DNA of 64,000 bases. Origin: an uncultured delta proteobacterium (GTDB lineage: Bacteria > Desulfobacterota > Binatia > UBA9968). Made by a program: the position numbers and the translations under genes. The notes beneath the pieces were generated by a model, which ran no database searches, was not told the origin of the DNA, and worked only from the letters and a program-made list of their open reading frames with translations. Shown piece by piece: positions 33,109-42,984 of the stretch (its first letter is position 1; each line of letters opens with the position of its first letter). The DNA lies in assembly GCA_963840855.1 (NCBI GenBank), contig CAWJBB010000030.1, forward strand, positions 225,755-289,754, given 5' to 3'.

Positions 33109-33564
33109 TCAACGCGGTTCATTCTGCTGGCTGTGGTGCTTCTCAGGGAAGGGAACACAAGGATAGTAGAAATCTGAAGGATCATGGCAATAATAAGAAC
33201 CGGTGATAGCATCGTAGTGAAAGGGCGACGGTGAATAAACAAAGGAAGATGGTCGAGTGCTAAATCCATGGCGTGTGCGCCAGTTGTGCCCAGCGTTCCC
33301 ATCGTCGCCAGCACGGTCACGCTGATGGCGACCGGAGTGTCTGTCATGACGACGGTGATCGCGACCGGAGTGTCCACCACGACCACCGTGATCGCGACCG
33401 GAGTATCCACCGCGACCGCCGGAGTATCCACCGCGACCGCCGGAACCTCCACCACGACCGTCTCTGGCATCCACGAGGCTATTTCCACCTTCAAAGGCGA
33501 AGAACAGGCCTAAAATTAGGAGGAGCAAAATGGGCCTGAAAGCTTGGAATAACGTTAAGATCAT
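33109..33564 (-). CDS. Putative secreted Gly/Arg/His-rich low-complexity protein
   Basis: Hydrophobic leader followed by GGRGGYS and GRDH repeats, then YYCHDP..YYP. Confidence 0.45.
   Translation of the reverse strand: MILTLFQAFRPILLLLILGLFFAFEGGNSLVDARDGRGGGSGGRGGYSGGRGGYSGRDHGGRGGHSGRDHRRHDRHSGRHQRDRAGDDGNAGHNWRTRHGFSTRPSSFVYSPSPFHYDAITGSYYCHDPSDFYYPCVPFPEKHHSQQNEPR
33328..33462. repeat. Coding tandem repeats (21-bp and 33-bp units)
   Basis: ggagtatccaccgcgaccgcc occurs twice with a degenerate third copy; cgtgatcgcgaccggagt units are also repeated. Confidence 0.7.
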
Positions 33565-33631
33565 TACGTGCCCTAGCATCGCTACATCTATCACCCGAGC
33601 CCGAAGCGCACAAGAAACAGTGGCTGTTATT

Positions 33632-34336
33632 ATGCTACTTGTGGGAGCAGTAGGTATCACGGCCTCGTGTGCCACTTTGCTACCTCTTCCGCTGGCTCCG
33701 CATACTGAGATCCAAAGGGTTAGGCAAGAATTTCTTGGAGGGCGTACGGTCGGCCTCTCTTACTATCCTAGTGCATGGGATGGCATGTATGAGGGCGAGG
33801 GAGCGACAGGCCGCCATGCCTTTGGCTTAAATTCTCTCACAAGGAAATATGAGTTGGCTTTCTACGTGAAGTTGAGGAACCGGAGCGACGCTCCACTGCA
33901 AGTGGCTTCCTCGCACTTCGGTCTGGTTACAGTAAACGGTCAGACGTATTCCGCTGGCCCTGCGACGGCTTCCACTTCTCGCCCCTTTCCTACAACTGAA
34001 TTGTGGCCGCAAGCTTGGACAGAGGGCTATATCGTTTTTGAGCTTCCGTTAGATGTGCTCCGAAGAGATCGACCTTCAGTACTACAGTATGATGATGGGG
34101 CCGGAACCCGTGCAGTTCGCTATCTCTCCATCCCGGATATGGTGCGATACGAAGGGCTTGGCTCTGGGGTATCTGAAGAAACTGAAGCGGGGCCGCCACC
34201 TCCAAGGGAAATGGAGCAGGAGCAACGCTGGATACCTGGCCGTTGGGTGAACCAGTGGATACCGGGGCGCTGGTACGAGGGCGTATGGTATCCTGGTCGC
34301 TACGAAACTTTCTGGATCGAAGGCCGCTGGAAGTAA
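33632..34336 (+). CDS. Putative lipoprotein with a DUF4352-like Ig-fold domain and C-terminal WxPGRW repeats
   Basis: Lipobox-like TASC; VKLRNRSDAPLQV..FGLVT..GYIVFELP; tail WIPGRW/WIPGRW/WYPGRY/WIEGRW. Start uncertain. Confidence 0.6.
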   Translation: MLLVGAVGITASCATLLPLPLAPHTEIQRVRQEFLGGRTVGLSYYPSAWDGMYEGEGATGRHAFGLNSLTRKYELAFYVKLRNRSDAPLQVASSHFGLVTVNGQTYSAGPATASTSRPFPTTELWPQAWTEGYIVFELPLDVLRRDRPSVLQYDDGAGTRAVRYLSIPDMVRYEGLGSGVSEETEAGPPPPREMEQEQRWIPGRWVNQWIPGRWYEGVWYPGRYETFWIEGRWK

Positions 34337-34854
34337 GACATGGAGTAGATGCGGGGTGAGGGTCTATCACCGAAGCACAACGTTGGAAGCGCGGGTTTAG
34401 ACGTTCGTTTTCTCGACAATTTCGCGGAAGGCCTCGTCCGCTCGTTCACGAAAGAAGGGCGTTCGATCCGTGATTCAGGGGCTCCGGCGGCGCTGGCTGC
34501 TTTGATTTCTCCGGGAGGCACAGCATCTCGCACAGGCACTTTTGAATTCAACTACCCAACTTCTTGCTCGCGATCACCGCGCCGTCGCGCAGGGCGCTTA
34601 TCGAGGCGCGAAGTTTCTGGTTTGCCGATCGGCTCTCAGATTGCAGGAGAAACCTGGAACCAGAAGGCGATTTGCGGATGGACGCGGCCGTTTAAGCCGC
34701 AGTGCGATTCTCCATCTCCAAGGTCGGAAACGGGGTTGCGGTCTGTAATCGTGGATCCGAACTTCCAGGTTTCGGGAATTCCGAAAACCTGGAAATCGCG
34801 ACCGGCACGATGGCAAAAAGCCTATCGGGGGAAGGTGCAAGCTATTGGACGGAT

Positions 34855-35166
34855 TTACGAACCCGATTTACGTTTTCGGGCTCGTGAAGGGCGCTTGCCT
34901 CGATGGCGCCGGGCGACAGTCTTCCAGAATTCGTCGTGTGATACGCCTTTGCCTGCTTTAATGCTTCTTCGTGACTTACTAAGCAAAGACTGCAAACGGC
35001 GCGAGTGGGCTAACATCAGTCGTTCCAAATCGTCGTCGTCCTTGGGTGCCAGCAATACCGCAGCTGCCTTGCCGTTGCGCGTGATAATGATCGGGCCTTC
35101 GTTCTCGCATTCGCCTACATAAGCACTGAGATGGGCTTTCACGTCCGCCAGCGCTGCGATCTTCAT
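34855..35166 (-). CDS. Phd/YefM family antitoxin
   Basis: ADVKAHLSAYV..PIIITRNGKAAAVL. Confidence 0.9.
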   Translation of the reverse strand: MKIAALADVKAHLSAYVGECENEGPIIITRNGKAAAVLLAPKDDDDLERLMLAHSRRLQSLLSKSRRSIKAGKGVSHDEFWKTVARRHRGKRPSRARKRKSGS

Positions 35167-35503
35167 AATTCAAACTCCTGTCCGCCAATAAACAGCCGAT
35201 TTCCTTCTTTCACGCCGATCGCCAAGACAGAGACAGTCTTTTCTTCATGACTCACGCCATAAAAAACACGAAATGAGTTTTTGAGACCAAAACGCAACTC
35301 CCACGTCGCGCCAAACGAGGCGGGCTCCTCAAGTGGTTTCCGGTTTCTCGTCTCCGTTGTAGGTGTTTGGGAAAGCTGCTCCTCGATCCTGGTCGCGACT
35401 AAACGGAGATATTTAGACTCGATCCAATCCAGATGTTTGTACGTCTCTGGCGCGTAGTAGTCCCGAATAATTCGTCGAAACGAAAACAACACCGCGCTTT
35501 CAC
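35163..35503 (-). CDS. RelE/ParE family toxin (5' end apparently frameshifted)
   Basis: IEEQLSQTPTTETRNRKPL..WELRFG..FRVFY..VLAIGVKEGNRLFIGG; overlaps the antitoxin start by 4 nt. Confidence 0.8.
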
Positions 35504-35585
35504 GTTGACCACTGGCGAGACCGACCAAAATCCGAAATGCCAAAATACAAAGATTGACCCCACTGCACTGACAGTGAACTCTTAT

Positions 35586-36314
35586 CTACGTTGTGACAAT
35601 TTCGCTGAAACTGCTGATGACACCGTGAGCATGCCCCTTTGGCTGAGGTGGATTGCCCGGTCGAACGGAGAGTAACGTCTTCATACCTGAGCTGCTGCCT
35701 GCATCGAGCTCTTTGATCACGTCAGAAACGAAAAGCACTTCTGAAGCTGCGACCTTAAATTCTGCAGCGATTCGACGATAGCTTTCCGCCGACGTTTTGG
35801 GACCTATGCCGGTATCAAAATACCCGTTCAGGAAACCGGTCAGGTCTCCGGCTTGCGTATTCGCAAAGAGAAGTCGTTGCGCCAATAGGCTGCCGGATGA
35901 AAATATTCGGACGTCGAGATTTTTCTCTTTCCAGTCTTTAAGGGCGGGCGGCACATCTGGAAATACCTGACTTTTAAGTTCTCCTTTCAAATAGCCCTCT
36001 TGCCAGATTTTACCTTGTAGTGATTTTAGTCCAGCGGATTTGCGATCACGGTCCATTAACCAAAAAACATAACGCACAACGGACTGTATTTGCGCATCCG
36101 GAGGAGCGTCGATCCATTCTGGCGGGGCCAGTGCCTCTGCCAAGTCCTTCACGTGCTCTTCGCGCAATTCTAAAAGATCACGCTCCAGTTCTTCGGAGCC
36201 TGCCTTGCGCTTAAGATACTCCTCGAGGTGCAGACGCGCATAGGGAAAAAGCACTTCGTAAACGAAATCAATGGGTGAGGTTGTCCCTTCAATGTCCAAC
36301 AAAATTCCATGCAA
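35586..36314 (-). CDS. mtnC: Acireductone synthase (enolase-phosphatase E1)
   Basis: ILLDIEGTT, LFPYA, DRKSAGLKSLQGKIW, SSGS and LFVSD. Confidence 0.95.
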   Translation of the reverse strand: MHGILLDIEGTTSPIDFVYEVLFPYARLHLEEYLKRKAGSEELERDLLELREEHVKDLAEALAPPEWIDAPPDAQIQSVVRYVFWLMDRDRKSAGLKSLQGKIWQEGYLKGELKSQVFPDVPPALKDWKEKNLDVRIFSSGSLLAQRLLFANTQAGDLTGFLNGYFDTGIGPKTSAESYRRIAAEFKVAASEVLFVSDVIKELDAGSSSGMKTLLSVRPGNPPQPKGHAHGVISSFSEIVTT

Positions 36315-36349
36315 TGAGTTTGTCGAAAAGCGGAAAATTGCTGGCTCCG

Positions 36350-36907
36350 TTAAATTTCGGGAGAAATATAGGACGTTCCGAAGCAGATCGGTTGGAAATT
36401 TCTGTCAACACCACTATCGGTGTAATAAGGGGTCCACCCGGAGGGGTTTTGAAACAGACGAATAGCGCGGATCTGCCGATCGGCGCAGAGATCGAACCAG
36501 TGCCACGTTCCTTTGGGCAATAGAATTAGGTCGCCCGCTTCGACCTGTATAGAAACTACCTGACCTTCCCTCGGCCGCACATGAAATAGTCCATGGCCCT
36601 GTATGATGAAACGGACCTCATCTTCGTCATGCCAGTGTTCTCGATTAAATTTTTCGAGCATCGCATCAAGGCCGGGGGTCTGCGCATTCACGTCGATCAC
36701 GTCGGCGATAACGTAGCCACCGAGAGCTTTCAGTTTGTCAATTTCGCTGGCGTAGGCCTGCAGGATTTCTTCAGCGGGAGCGTTCGCTTCGACTGGATGC
36801 TCCGCCGTCCAGTAATCGTAGCGAACGCCGCAATTGCCGAGGTACTCCGCGATTGATTCTCTGCCCGTGAGCTTTCTATTTTCGTTTATGATTGTTACTA
36901 AGGCCAT
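36350..36907 (-). CDS. mtnD: Acireductone dioxygenase
   Basis: EHWHDEDEVRF, PKGTWHWF and AIRLFQNPSGW. Confidence 0.95.
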   Translation of the reverse strand: MALVTIINENRKLTGRESIAEYLGNCGVRYDYWTAEHPVEANAPAEEILQAYASEIDKLKALGGYVIADVIDVNAQTPGLDAMLEKFNREHWHDEDEVRFIIQGHGLFHVRPREGQVVSIQVEAGDLILLPKGTWHWFDLCADRQIRAIRLFQNPSGWTPYYTDSGVDRNFQPICFGTSYISPEI

Positions 36908-36908
36908 G

Positions 36909-37580
36909 TCACTGACTCCTTTTTTTGAGCTTGGGGTCGCCAACAGAATAGGTCTCAAGTTTGATCGATTGCAGCCGACCCATCGTTTCTAATAGAAACT
37001 CCAGAATTTCTACGTGCCGTTTCGCTTTTTGGAGGTCTGCCGCCCACGTATAGAGACCATGCTGTCGCAAAAGAAAACCGTGTGCGTCCGGATACAGGGC
37101 CAAAGTCTTCGACACGTTTTCCGCGAGCGCGCGCATGTCCTGCGAATTCTCGATGATCGGTAGCCACTCACCATGCTGGTGGCTCTTCACTCCTTCAAGC
37201 CCTTTTAACATTTCGAAGTCTTTGATCAGTATTCCGCCGGCAGGCGCATGAACGTTGGAAAGGACCGTGCTCCAGACAGAGTGTGTATGCAAGACCGCGC
37301 CGGCGCCGCGCTGGAGGGCCACGTTGACATGAAGTAATGCTTCGGCTGAGGGCTTACTCGTCAAATCATCGCGTGGGTTTCCTTCCCGGCCGACTACAAC
37401 AATTTGCTCGGCACTCAATTCGCCCTTGTCAGCGCCGCTGGCCGTGATGGCCAGCTGTAATGGCTCACGCGTGAGAACGGCGCTAAAGTTGCCGCTGGTT
37501 CCCACGGCCCAGCCACGCGCGTAAAAGCTACGGCTGATTGTAACCAGGCTGGAGGCAATCTCGCGAAAAGTCTGTTCCAT
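36909..37580 (-). CDS. mtnB: Methylthioribulose-1-phosphate dehydratase
   Basis: GWAVGTSGNFS, ITASGADKG, KPSAEALLH, LHTHS, EMLKGL and HGLYTW. Confidence 0.95.
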   Translation of the reverse strand: MEQTFREIASSLVTISRSFYARGWAVGTSGNFSAVLTREPLQLAITASGADKGELSAEQIVVVGREGNPRDDLTSKPSAEALLHVNVALQRGAGAVLHTHSVWSTVLSNVHAPAGGILIKDFEMLKGLEGVKSHQHGEWLPIIENSQDMRALAENVSKTLALYPDAHGFLLRQHGLYTWAADLQKAKRHVEILEFLLETMGRLQSIKLETYSVGDPKLKKRSQ

Positions 37581-37865
37581 CAGAACGGGCGCTGGCCAGC
37601 AGCCTTTGGATCTGTGTCGATCGGCTACTGTGCGATTAAAGACCTCTCCATACTACGCCTGTCCATAACTTTTTCTAGAGAGCCGAAAGGGCTACCGGAA
37701 GGAAACGCGTTATTATTGGATCAAGAGCAACGCAAGTAGCCTAAGACTTGAATACCTCACTTGAAGAGTAATGACCTCATGTATATAAACTGGACCCGTA
37801 GCACAATTTTTTCAAGCGCAAAGATGGCATCTGGTCAACGTCGCTTTTTGGCAAGCTAATAAACT

Positions 37866-38348
37866 ATGTGGACAGTGCTTAGAAGACTCTCGCTAGGGGT
37901 AAGCCTCATTATTCTATCCTCAGCTATGCTGCTGGTTTCCGATTGGCACCAACGCAGGTCCATTGGCGGCAAGATCCCGCGCGTGGCAATCGTCCAACAC
38001 TCGGCTAGTGCTGCGTTAGACGAAGGCGTTCTGGGAGTGCTTGACAGTCTGAAAGCAAACGGCCTGATCGACGGACAAAACATCAGAATAAACCGGTTCA
38101 ACGCTGACGCTGCTATCGTGTCGCGGGACAAACTAACGACTCTGATGGTGACCCATTCGATGCAACAAGCGGCTAGTTTAGGCGGCCGTCTGGTGATGAT
38201 GCATCGAGGCCGGGTTATTCATGATCTGTGTGGCGCGTAAAAGCGCCGCGCGCGGGTCGATGATTTGCTGGCGCGCTTCGAGGAAGTCAGGCGCCAGGAG
38301 CAGCTCGATGAGACCGCCGCGGAGATGCTGCGGAGGGCATATATCTAA
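37866..38348 (+). pseudogene. Deletion-derived fusion of an ABC SBP N-terminus and an ABC ATPase C-terminus
   Basis: RVAIVQHS..GLIDGQNIRINRFNA joins directly to TTLMVTHSMQQA..RLVMMHRG. An internal TAA at 38238 is followed by KRRARVDDLLARF..*. Confidence 0.75.
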
Positions 38349-38621
38349 TCAGTTCGGCGCTCTCAGTCCTCGCACGGGAAACGGTGTGGAGTTTGTGTGC
38401 ACGTCGTAAAAATCTTCCTGCTGAAACCCCGCTTGAGACGGCCTACGATGGGCCGACACCAAGCAGAGTTGTCTGTAATTTCCCCGGGATCGATTGGAAT
38501 AATGGAAATTTCATCTAAAATTAACAATCGCGTCTTGGGCCGTAAGATATAAGTGACTCAATACCGTTTTCTGCTTCCTAGTCAATGTTTACTGCATCAC
38601 AATAAACAATGGAGGCCATGG

Positions 38622-38975
38622 ATGGAATTGGAGATCAAAAATCAGTCGGACCAAATCACCCGCCTAGCCCTTCGAGGGCGGCTGGACACCACTGGAGTGG
38701 GGGAGGTCGAATTGAAGTTTACCAGTCACACGGTCCCAAGGGCAAAGCCGCTCCTTTTGGACATGTCGGAAATCACTTTTGTTTCCTCCCTCGGCCTGCG
38801 GATGCTTTTGACCGTAGCCAAAGCGCTAGACCAGCGTGGGGTCAATATGGTCCTCCTGAGTCCGCAGCCGGCTGTGCGTGAGGTCCTCAGCCTTTCCGGA
38901 TTCGATCAGCTGATGCCCGTGTACAATGACGAGAGGACAGCGTTGGCATTTCTTACAGGGATTGAAGCTCGATAA
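38622..38975 (+). CDS. STAS domain anti-sigma factor antagonist
   Basis: LRGRLD, LDMSEITFVSSLGLRML and VREVLSLSGFD; GGAGG RBS. Confidence 0.92.
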   Translation: MELEIKNQSDQITRLALRGRLDTTGVGEVELKFTSHTVPRAKPLLLDMSEITFVSSLGLRMLLTVAKALDQRGVNMVLLSPQPAVREVLSLSGFDQLMPVYNDERTALAFLTGIEAR

Positions 38976-39265
38976 GATCCCGTAGCCCTCCCTGGCTTTA
39001 CATTTCTCGCAGCCTTTCCCGTTTGCCTATTCGGTACTCGCTCGGGTCTCGACGGCGGGTGCATATGGTTGCTCTTTCTGTTCGGTTTCTGGCATCGAAC
39101 CCGCTGCCAATAGCGGTTGGTCTGTTCTGCTATGTTCGCTGGCCGAGAAGGGGTTTCATCTGATCACGCCTTAAGCCTGCGGGAAAACCGGACTTGAAAT
39201 TCCTTACCAGTTGATATTACATCGGGTCACGCCATAACCTCTGCACAATCCAAGAGCTTGGAATC

Positions 39266-40975
39266 GTGGCGAAGAAGCCCGCCAATTTGATTTACGGCCT
39301 CGACGAGAGTCCTCCTCTAGGAACGACCCTTCTGCTCGGCTTCCAACATATTCTCGCCTTGTCCGGTGCGTTCGTCTATCCTGTGATCCTTCTGCAGGAG
39401 ACCGGAATGCTCCCCGAGCAGGCGGAACGTATGATTCCTGCGTCGATGATCGTCATGGGGATCGCGACGATTCTGCAAACGCTCCGGTATGGCCGTATAG
39501 GATCCGGTTATCTCTGTCCCGAGCAGGTGGGCCCCGCATATGTCCCGGTCTCTATTCTGGCGGTCAAGACGGGCGGCCTGCCGCTGTTGGCGGGAATGAC
39601 TCTGGTGAGCGGTCTCTTCGGCGTAGTGCTCTCTCATCTCATGGGCCGTCTCCGTCCCTTTTTTCCCGCCGAGGTTACCGGCACGATCGTGATGATGGTC
39701 GGTTTCGCGCTTATTCCCGTAGCGGTCTTCAGGTTTTTAGGAATTGCAGAGTCACGCGCGGTCATTGATCCGCTCTCAGTGAGGATCGCTTCCATCACTT
39801 TATTCGTCATGGTCGGGGTGACCGTGTGGGGCTCATCGACGCTGCGGTTGTATGGCGTTTTGATCGGAATCGGTGCTGGCTCGATCTGGGCTTATGTGAG
39901 TGGTCTAGTGACCGATGAACACTTACGCCGTTTAGACCGGGCCTCTCTTCTCGCTTTGCCGTCTTTTCCGGGAGAGGGCTGGTCCTTTAGCGGCGCGTTG
40001 CTGGTTCCCTTTCTGGTGACGGCGTTGGCTTCATCGCTGAAGGCCGTGGGTGACTTGACGACATGTCAGAAAGTGAACGATGCTGAGTGGAAAAGGCCGG
40101 ATATGAAGTCTATCAGTGGCGGCATCCTTGCGGATGCTTGCGGTGTGATGTTGTCTGGGGGAGTAGGAACGATGGGACAGTCGACCTCCAGTGCCAACGT
40201 CGGTCTCTCCATTGCGAGCGGTGCGACTAGCCGCCGGATTGGGTTTGCTTGCGGCGCAATTCTGATGGTTTTGGCCTTCGTACCTAAGCTGGCGGTATTG
40301 TTTGCCATCATGCCGAGTCCGGTGATCGGAGCTTTTCTGTTTTTCGTGGTTTGCTTCATGATCGTTGCCGGAGTTCAGATTCTCACCTCGCGCATGATGG
40401 ATGCGCGCAAGACATTCGTGGTCGGCGTCTCAGTCATTTTGGGGTTAAGCGTGGATATGCTGCCCGGCGCCTACCAGAGCGTCCCTGGTATGTTCCAGTC
40501 TGCTTTTACCTCTTCGCTTTCGGTCTCTACGATCTCGGCACTGCTTCTGAATCTGTTGTTTCGTATCGGAATTGCGCAGCGTGCGAAGCTGCAAATCGAC
40601 CCACACTCGGATTCTTCTGACCAAATATTTTTATTCATGGAGAAGCAGGGAGGAGCCTGGGGTGCGCGCAAGGAAGTGATCGATCGCGCCAAGTCCGCGA
40701 TGAACGAATTTATCGAAGCGGCAACGGCGCTGGAGCTGAGCACCGGCAAGATCGACGCTGAAGTCAGCTTTGATGAGTTCAATCTCGATGTCGATATGCG
40801 CTACGACGGCGAGCCTATGGAGTTTCCTATAGAACGGCCTACGGACACGGACCTGTTGGAGGATGAGAGAGCGGTCGCAAAGCTGGCGGGTTTTCTGATA
40901 AGGAATTACGTTGACCGGGTCAAGTCCGACCGAATCACTGGTCGCTGCCGCGTTCAATTCCATCTCGAGCACTGA
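39266..40975 (+). CDS. NCS2 (xanthine/uracil) permease fused to a C-terminal degenerate RsbW-like HATPase domain
   Basis: YGLDE.PP, GFQH, FFPAEVTG, VGDL, NVG..SGATSR and MPSPVIG, plus a soluble tail of about 130 aa. Confidence 0.85.
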   Translation: MAKKPANLIYGLDESPPLGTTLLLGFQHILALSGAFVYPVILLQETGMLPEQAERMIPASMIVMGIATILQTLRYGRIGSGYLCPEQVGPAYVPVSILAVKTGGLPLLAGMTLVSGLFGVVLSHLMGRLRPFFPAEVTGTIVMMVGFALIPVAVFRFLGIAESRAVIDPLSVRIASITLFVMVGVTVWGSSTLRLYGVLIGIGAGSIWAYVSGLVTDEHLRRLDRASLLALPSFPGEGWSFSGALLVPFLVTALASSLKAVGDLTTCQKVNDAEWKRPDMKSISGGILADACGVMLSGGVGTMGQSTSSANVGLSIASGATSRRIGFACGAILMVLAFVPKLAVLFAIMPSPVIGAFLFFVVCFMIVAGVQILTSRMMDARKTFVVGVSVILGLSVDMLPGAYQSVPGMFQSAFTSSLSVSTISALLLNLLFRIGIAQRAKLQIDPHSDSSDQIFLFMEKQGGAWGARKEVIDRAKSAMNEFIEAATALELSTGKIDAEVSFDEFNLDVDMRYDGEPMEFPIERPTDTDLLEDERAVAKLAGFLIRNYVDRVKSDRITGRCRVQFHLEH

Positions 40976-41091
40976 GCCACGAAAGCATGCTGACTCCGAC
41001 CGAGTTGTCCCCTTGTGGTGTGAGCGGATATTCGAAATCTTCCACGAGAAAATGTCATCCGGTATAAGTGATCGTTCCAATAGGAATCACT

Positions 41092-42801
41092 ATGGCAAAG
41101 AAGCCGGCCAGCCTGATTTATGGTGTCGATGATAAACCCCCGTTGACCGCGTCGCTGCTGTTGGGGCTCCAGCATGTCTTCGTGATGAAGTCCGGTTGGG
41201 TGATGGTCGTGATAATCGTCACCACCATCGGCGGTACTCAGGAAGAAGTCGCCAACGTGCTCCGGATGTCGATGATTACGTCCGGAATCGCGACCATTCT
41301 GCAATCTTTACCTAACAGTCCGTTCGGTTCTGGCTATTTTTGCCCCATCAGCGGCGGACCTGCATACATCTCCGCGTCAATTTTGGCAGGCAAGGTTGGC
41401 GGTTTGAGATCAGTCTTCGCCATGACGGTGATCTCAGGCCTCTTCGAGGGGCTGCTCGCTCGGGTCTTGCCGCGATTACGGCCGCTTTTCCCTCCCGAAG
41501 TCACCGGACTGGTGGTGACGATGGTAGGGATAGAGATTGTGGCCTTGGGTTGTCCCAGGTTTCTCGGATTTCAGGACGGCGGCGCGGGTCCGCAAGGAAC
41601 CGCCACTGCTGTTGCGATAGTGACGTTGGCCGCGATGATCGGACCGACCGTATGGGGTAAAGGGAACCTCAAGTTATATCCTGTACTGATCGGTCTTGTG
41701 GTCGGTTACTTGTTCGCTTATTTTTTTGGTGTCTTTGAAAGGGAACGGTTGCAGGAGATGCTTGCCGCGCCAATGATCAGCCTGCCACGGAAGGTTCACA
41801 CGGGCTGGTCGTTTGATCTCGCTCTTCTTCCCGCATTCCTCATTGCCAGCCTGGCTTCGACCTTGAAAAGTGTGGGCGACTTGACCCTGTGCCAGAAAAT
41901 CAACGACGCCGATTGGAAACGGACCGACATGCAGTCGGTCAGTGGAGGGATTTTCGCCGGCGCGATCGGTACCGGACTATCGGGTTTGCTTGGCGGGATC
42001 GGCCAATCCACCTTCTCCAGCAACGTCGGTCTTTCCCTCGCCACCGGGGCCACCAGCCGCTCGATCGCCATTCCTTGCGGCATCCTGATGATCCTGCTGG
42101 CTTTTTTACCCAAGCTCGCGGCCTTTTTTGCCGTGATGCCCGACCCCGTGATGGGCGCGATCATCATTTACGCGGCTTGCTATATGATTCTTGCCGGCAT
42201 TCAGGTGATCACGTCGCGCATGCTCGACGCTCGGCGAATTTTCGTCGTCGGCATCGCTCTGATCTTCGGCCTGAGCGTCGACATGGTTCCCGGGCTATAC
42301 AGCAATGTGCCCGAATTGATTCAGCCTCTGTTTTCGTCGTCTCTCGCGATTTCCACTGTCCTGGTGGTTTTTCTGAACCTGCTTTTTCGGATCGGCGTTA
42401 CCAAGCGCCAGGTTCTGGAGTTGACGCCCGGTGTCGATGGTTCGCAGAAAATCTTTGAATTCATGGAGACCCAGGGGAGCGTTTGGGGAGCGCGCCGTGA
42501 GGTAATCCAGCGCGCGACGGCGGCTCTCAATGAGTTCGTCGAGTCCGCAGCCGCCCTGGATCTTGTGAAAGGAAAGGCCCAAGCCGAGGTCAGTTTCGAC
42601 GAATTCAATCTCGATATGGATATTCGCTACGATGGCGAGCTGATGGAGTTTCCCAGCCGGCGACCGACCGAAGACGCGCTTCTCGCCGATGACAAGGCCG
42701 TCGCCAGCCTCTCAGGCTTTCTAATTCGCCAGTACGCCGACAGGGTCAAAGCTGAAACGGCCAATGGCCGGTGTCGGATCCAAATGCATTTCGATCATTG
42801 A
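41092..42801 (+). CDS. Second NCS2 permease with a C-terminal degenerate RsbW-like domain
   Basis: Paralogue of 39266 (both 569 aa): GLQH, FPPEVTG, NVGLSLATGATSR and SFDEFNLD..YDG. Confidence 0.85.
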   Translation: MAKKPASLIYGVDDKPPLTASLLLGLQHVFVMKSGWVMVVIIVTTIGGTQEEVANVLRMSMITSGIATILQSLPNSPFGSGYFCPISGGPAYISASILAGKVGGLRSVFAMTVISGLFEGLLARVLPRLRPLFPPEVTGLVVTMVGIEIVALGCPRFLGFQDGGAGPQGTATAVAIVTLAAMIGPTVWGKGNLKLYPVLIGLVVGYLFAYFFGVFERERLQEMLAAPMISLPRKVHTGWSFDLALLPAFLIASLASTLKSVGDLTLCQKINDADWKRTDMQSVSGGIFAGAIGTGLSGLLGGIGQSTFSSNVGLSLATGATSRSIAIPCGILMILLAFLPKLAAFFAVMPDPVMGAIIIYAACYMILAGIQVITSRMLDARRIFVVGIALIFGLSVDMVPGLYSNVPELIQPLFSSSLAISTVLVVFLNLLFRIGVTKRQVLELTPGVDGSQKIFEFMETQGSVWGARREVIQRATAALNEFVESAAALDLVKGKAQAEVSFDEFNLDMDIRYDGELMEFPSRRPTEDALLADDKAVASLSGFLIRQYADRVKAETANGRCRIQMHFDH

Positions 42802-42867
42802 AAAACTAGCCAAACATATTTGAATTGTTTGGTTGGGTTTTGCCTTCTAGAATCGGAAAACGATGAC

Positions 42868-42942
42868 TCGCGCAAAGACGCAAAGCACGCCAAGGTCGGA
42901 GAAAATTAATCTTTCTTGGCGCTCTTGGCGCCTTGGCGGGAG
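42868..42942. repeat. Intergenic palindromic repeat (GCAAAGACGCAAAG / CTTGGCG family)
   Basis: cgcaaagacgcaaagcacgccaag ... cttggcgctcttggcgccttggcg; a similar copy lies at 59291. Confidence 0.7.
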
Positions 42943-42984
42943 AAAATTTCTTGAAGTCATTCTGTCAAACATCCCAAATGGAAG

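Noticed and set aside
32879-33166. 95-aa ORF
   Set aside because: It has no recognisable motif or clear RBS and overlaps another ORF; it could be a remnant.
34349-35122. 257-aa plus-strand ORF
   Set aside because: Its composition is not protein-like and it overlaps the antitoxin on the opposite strand.
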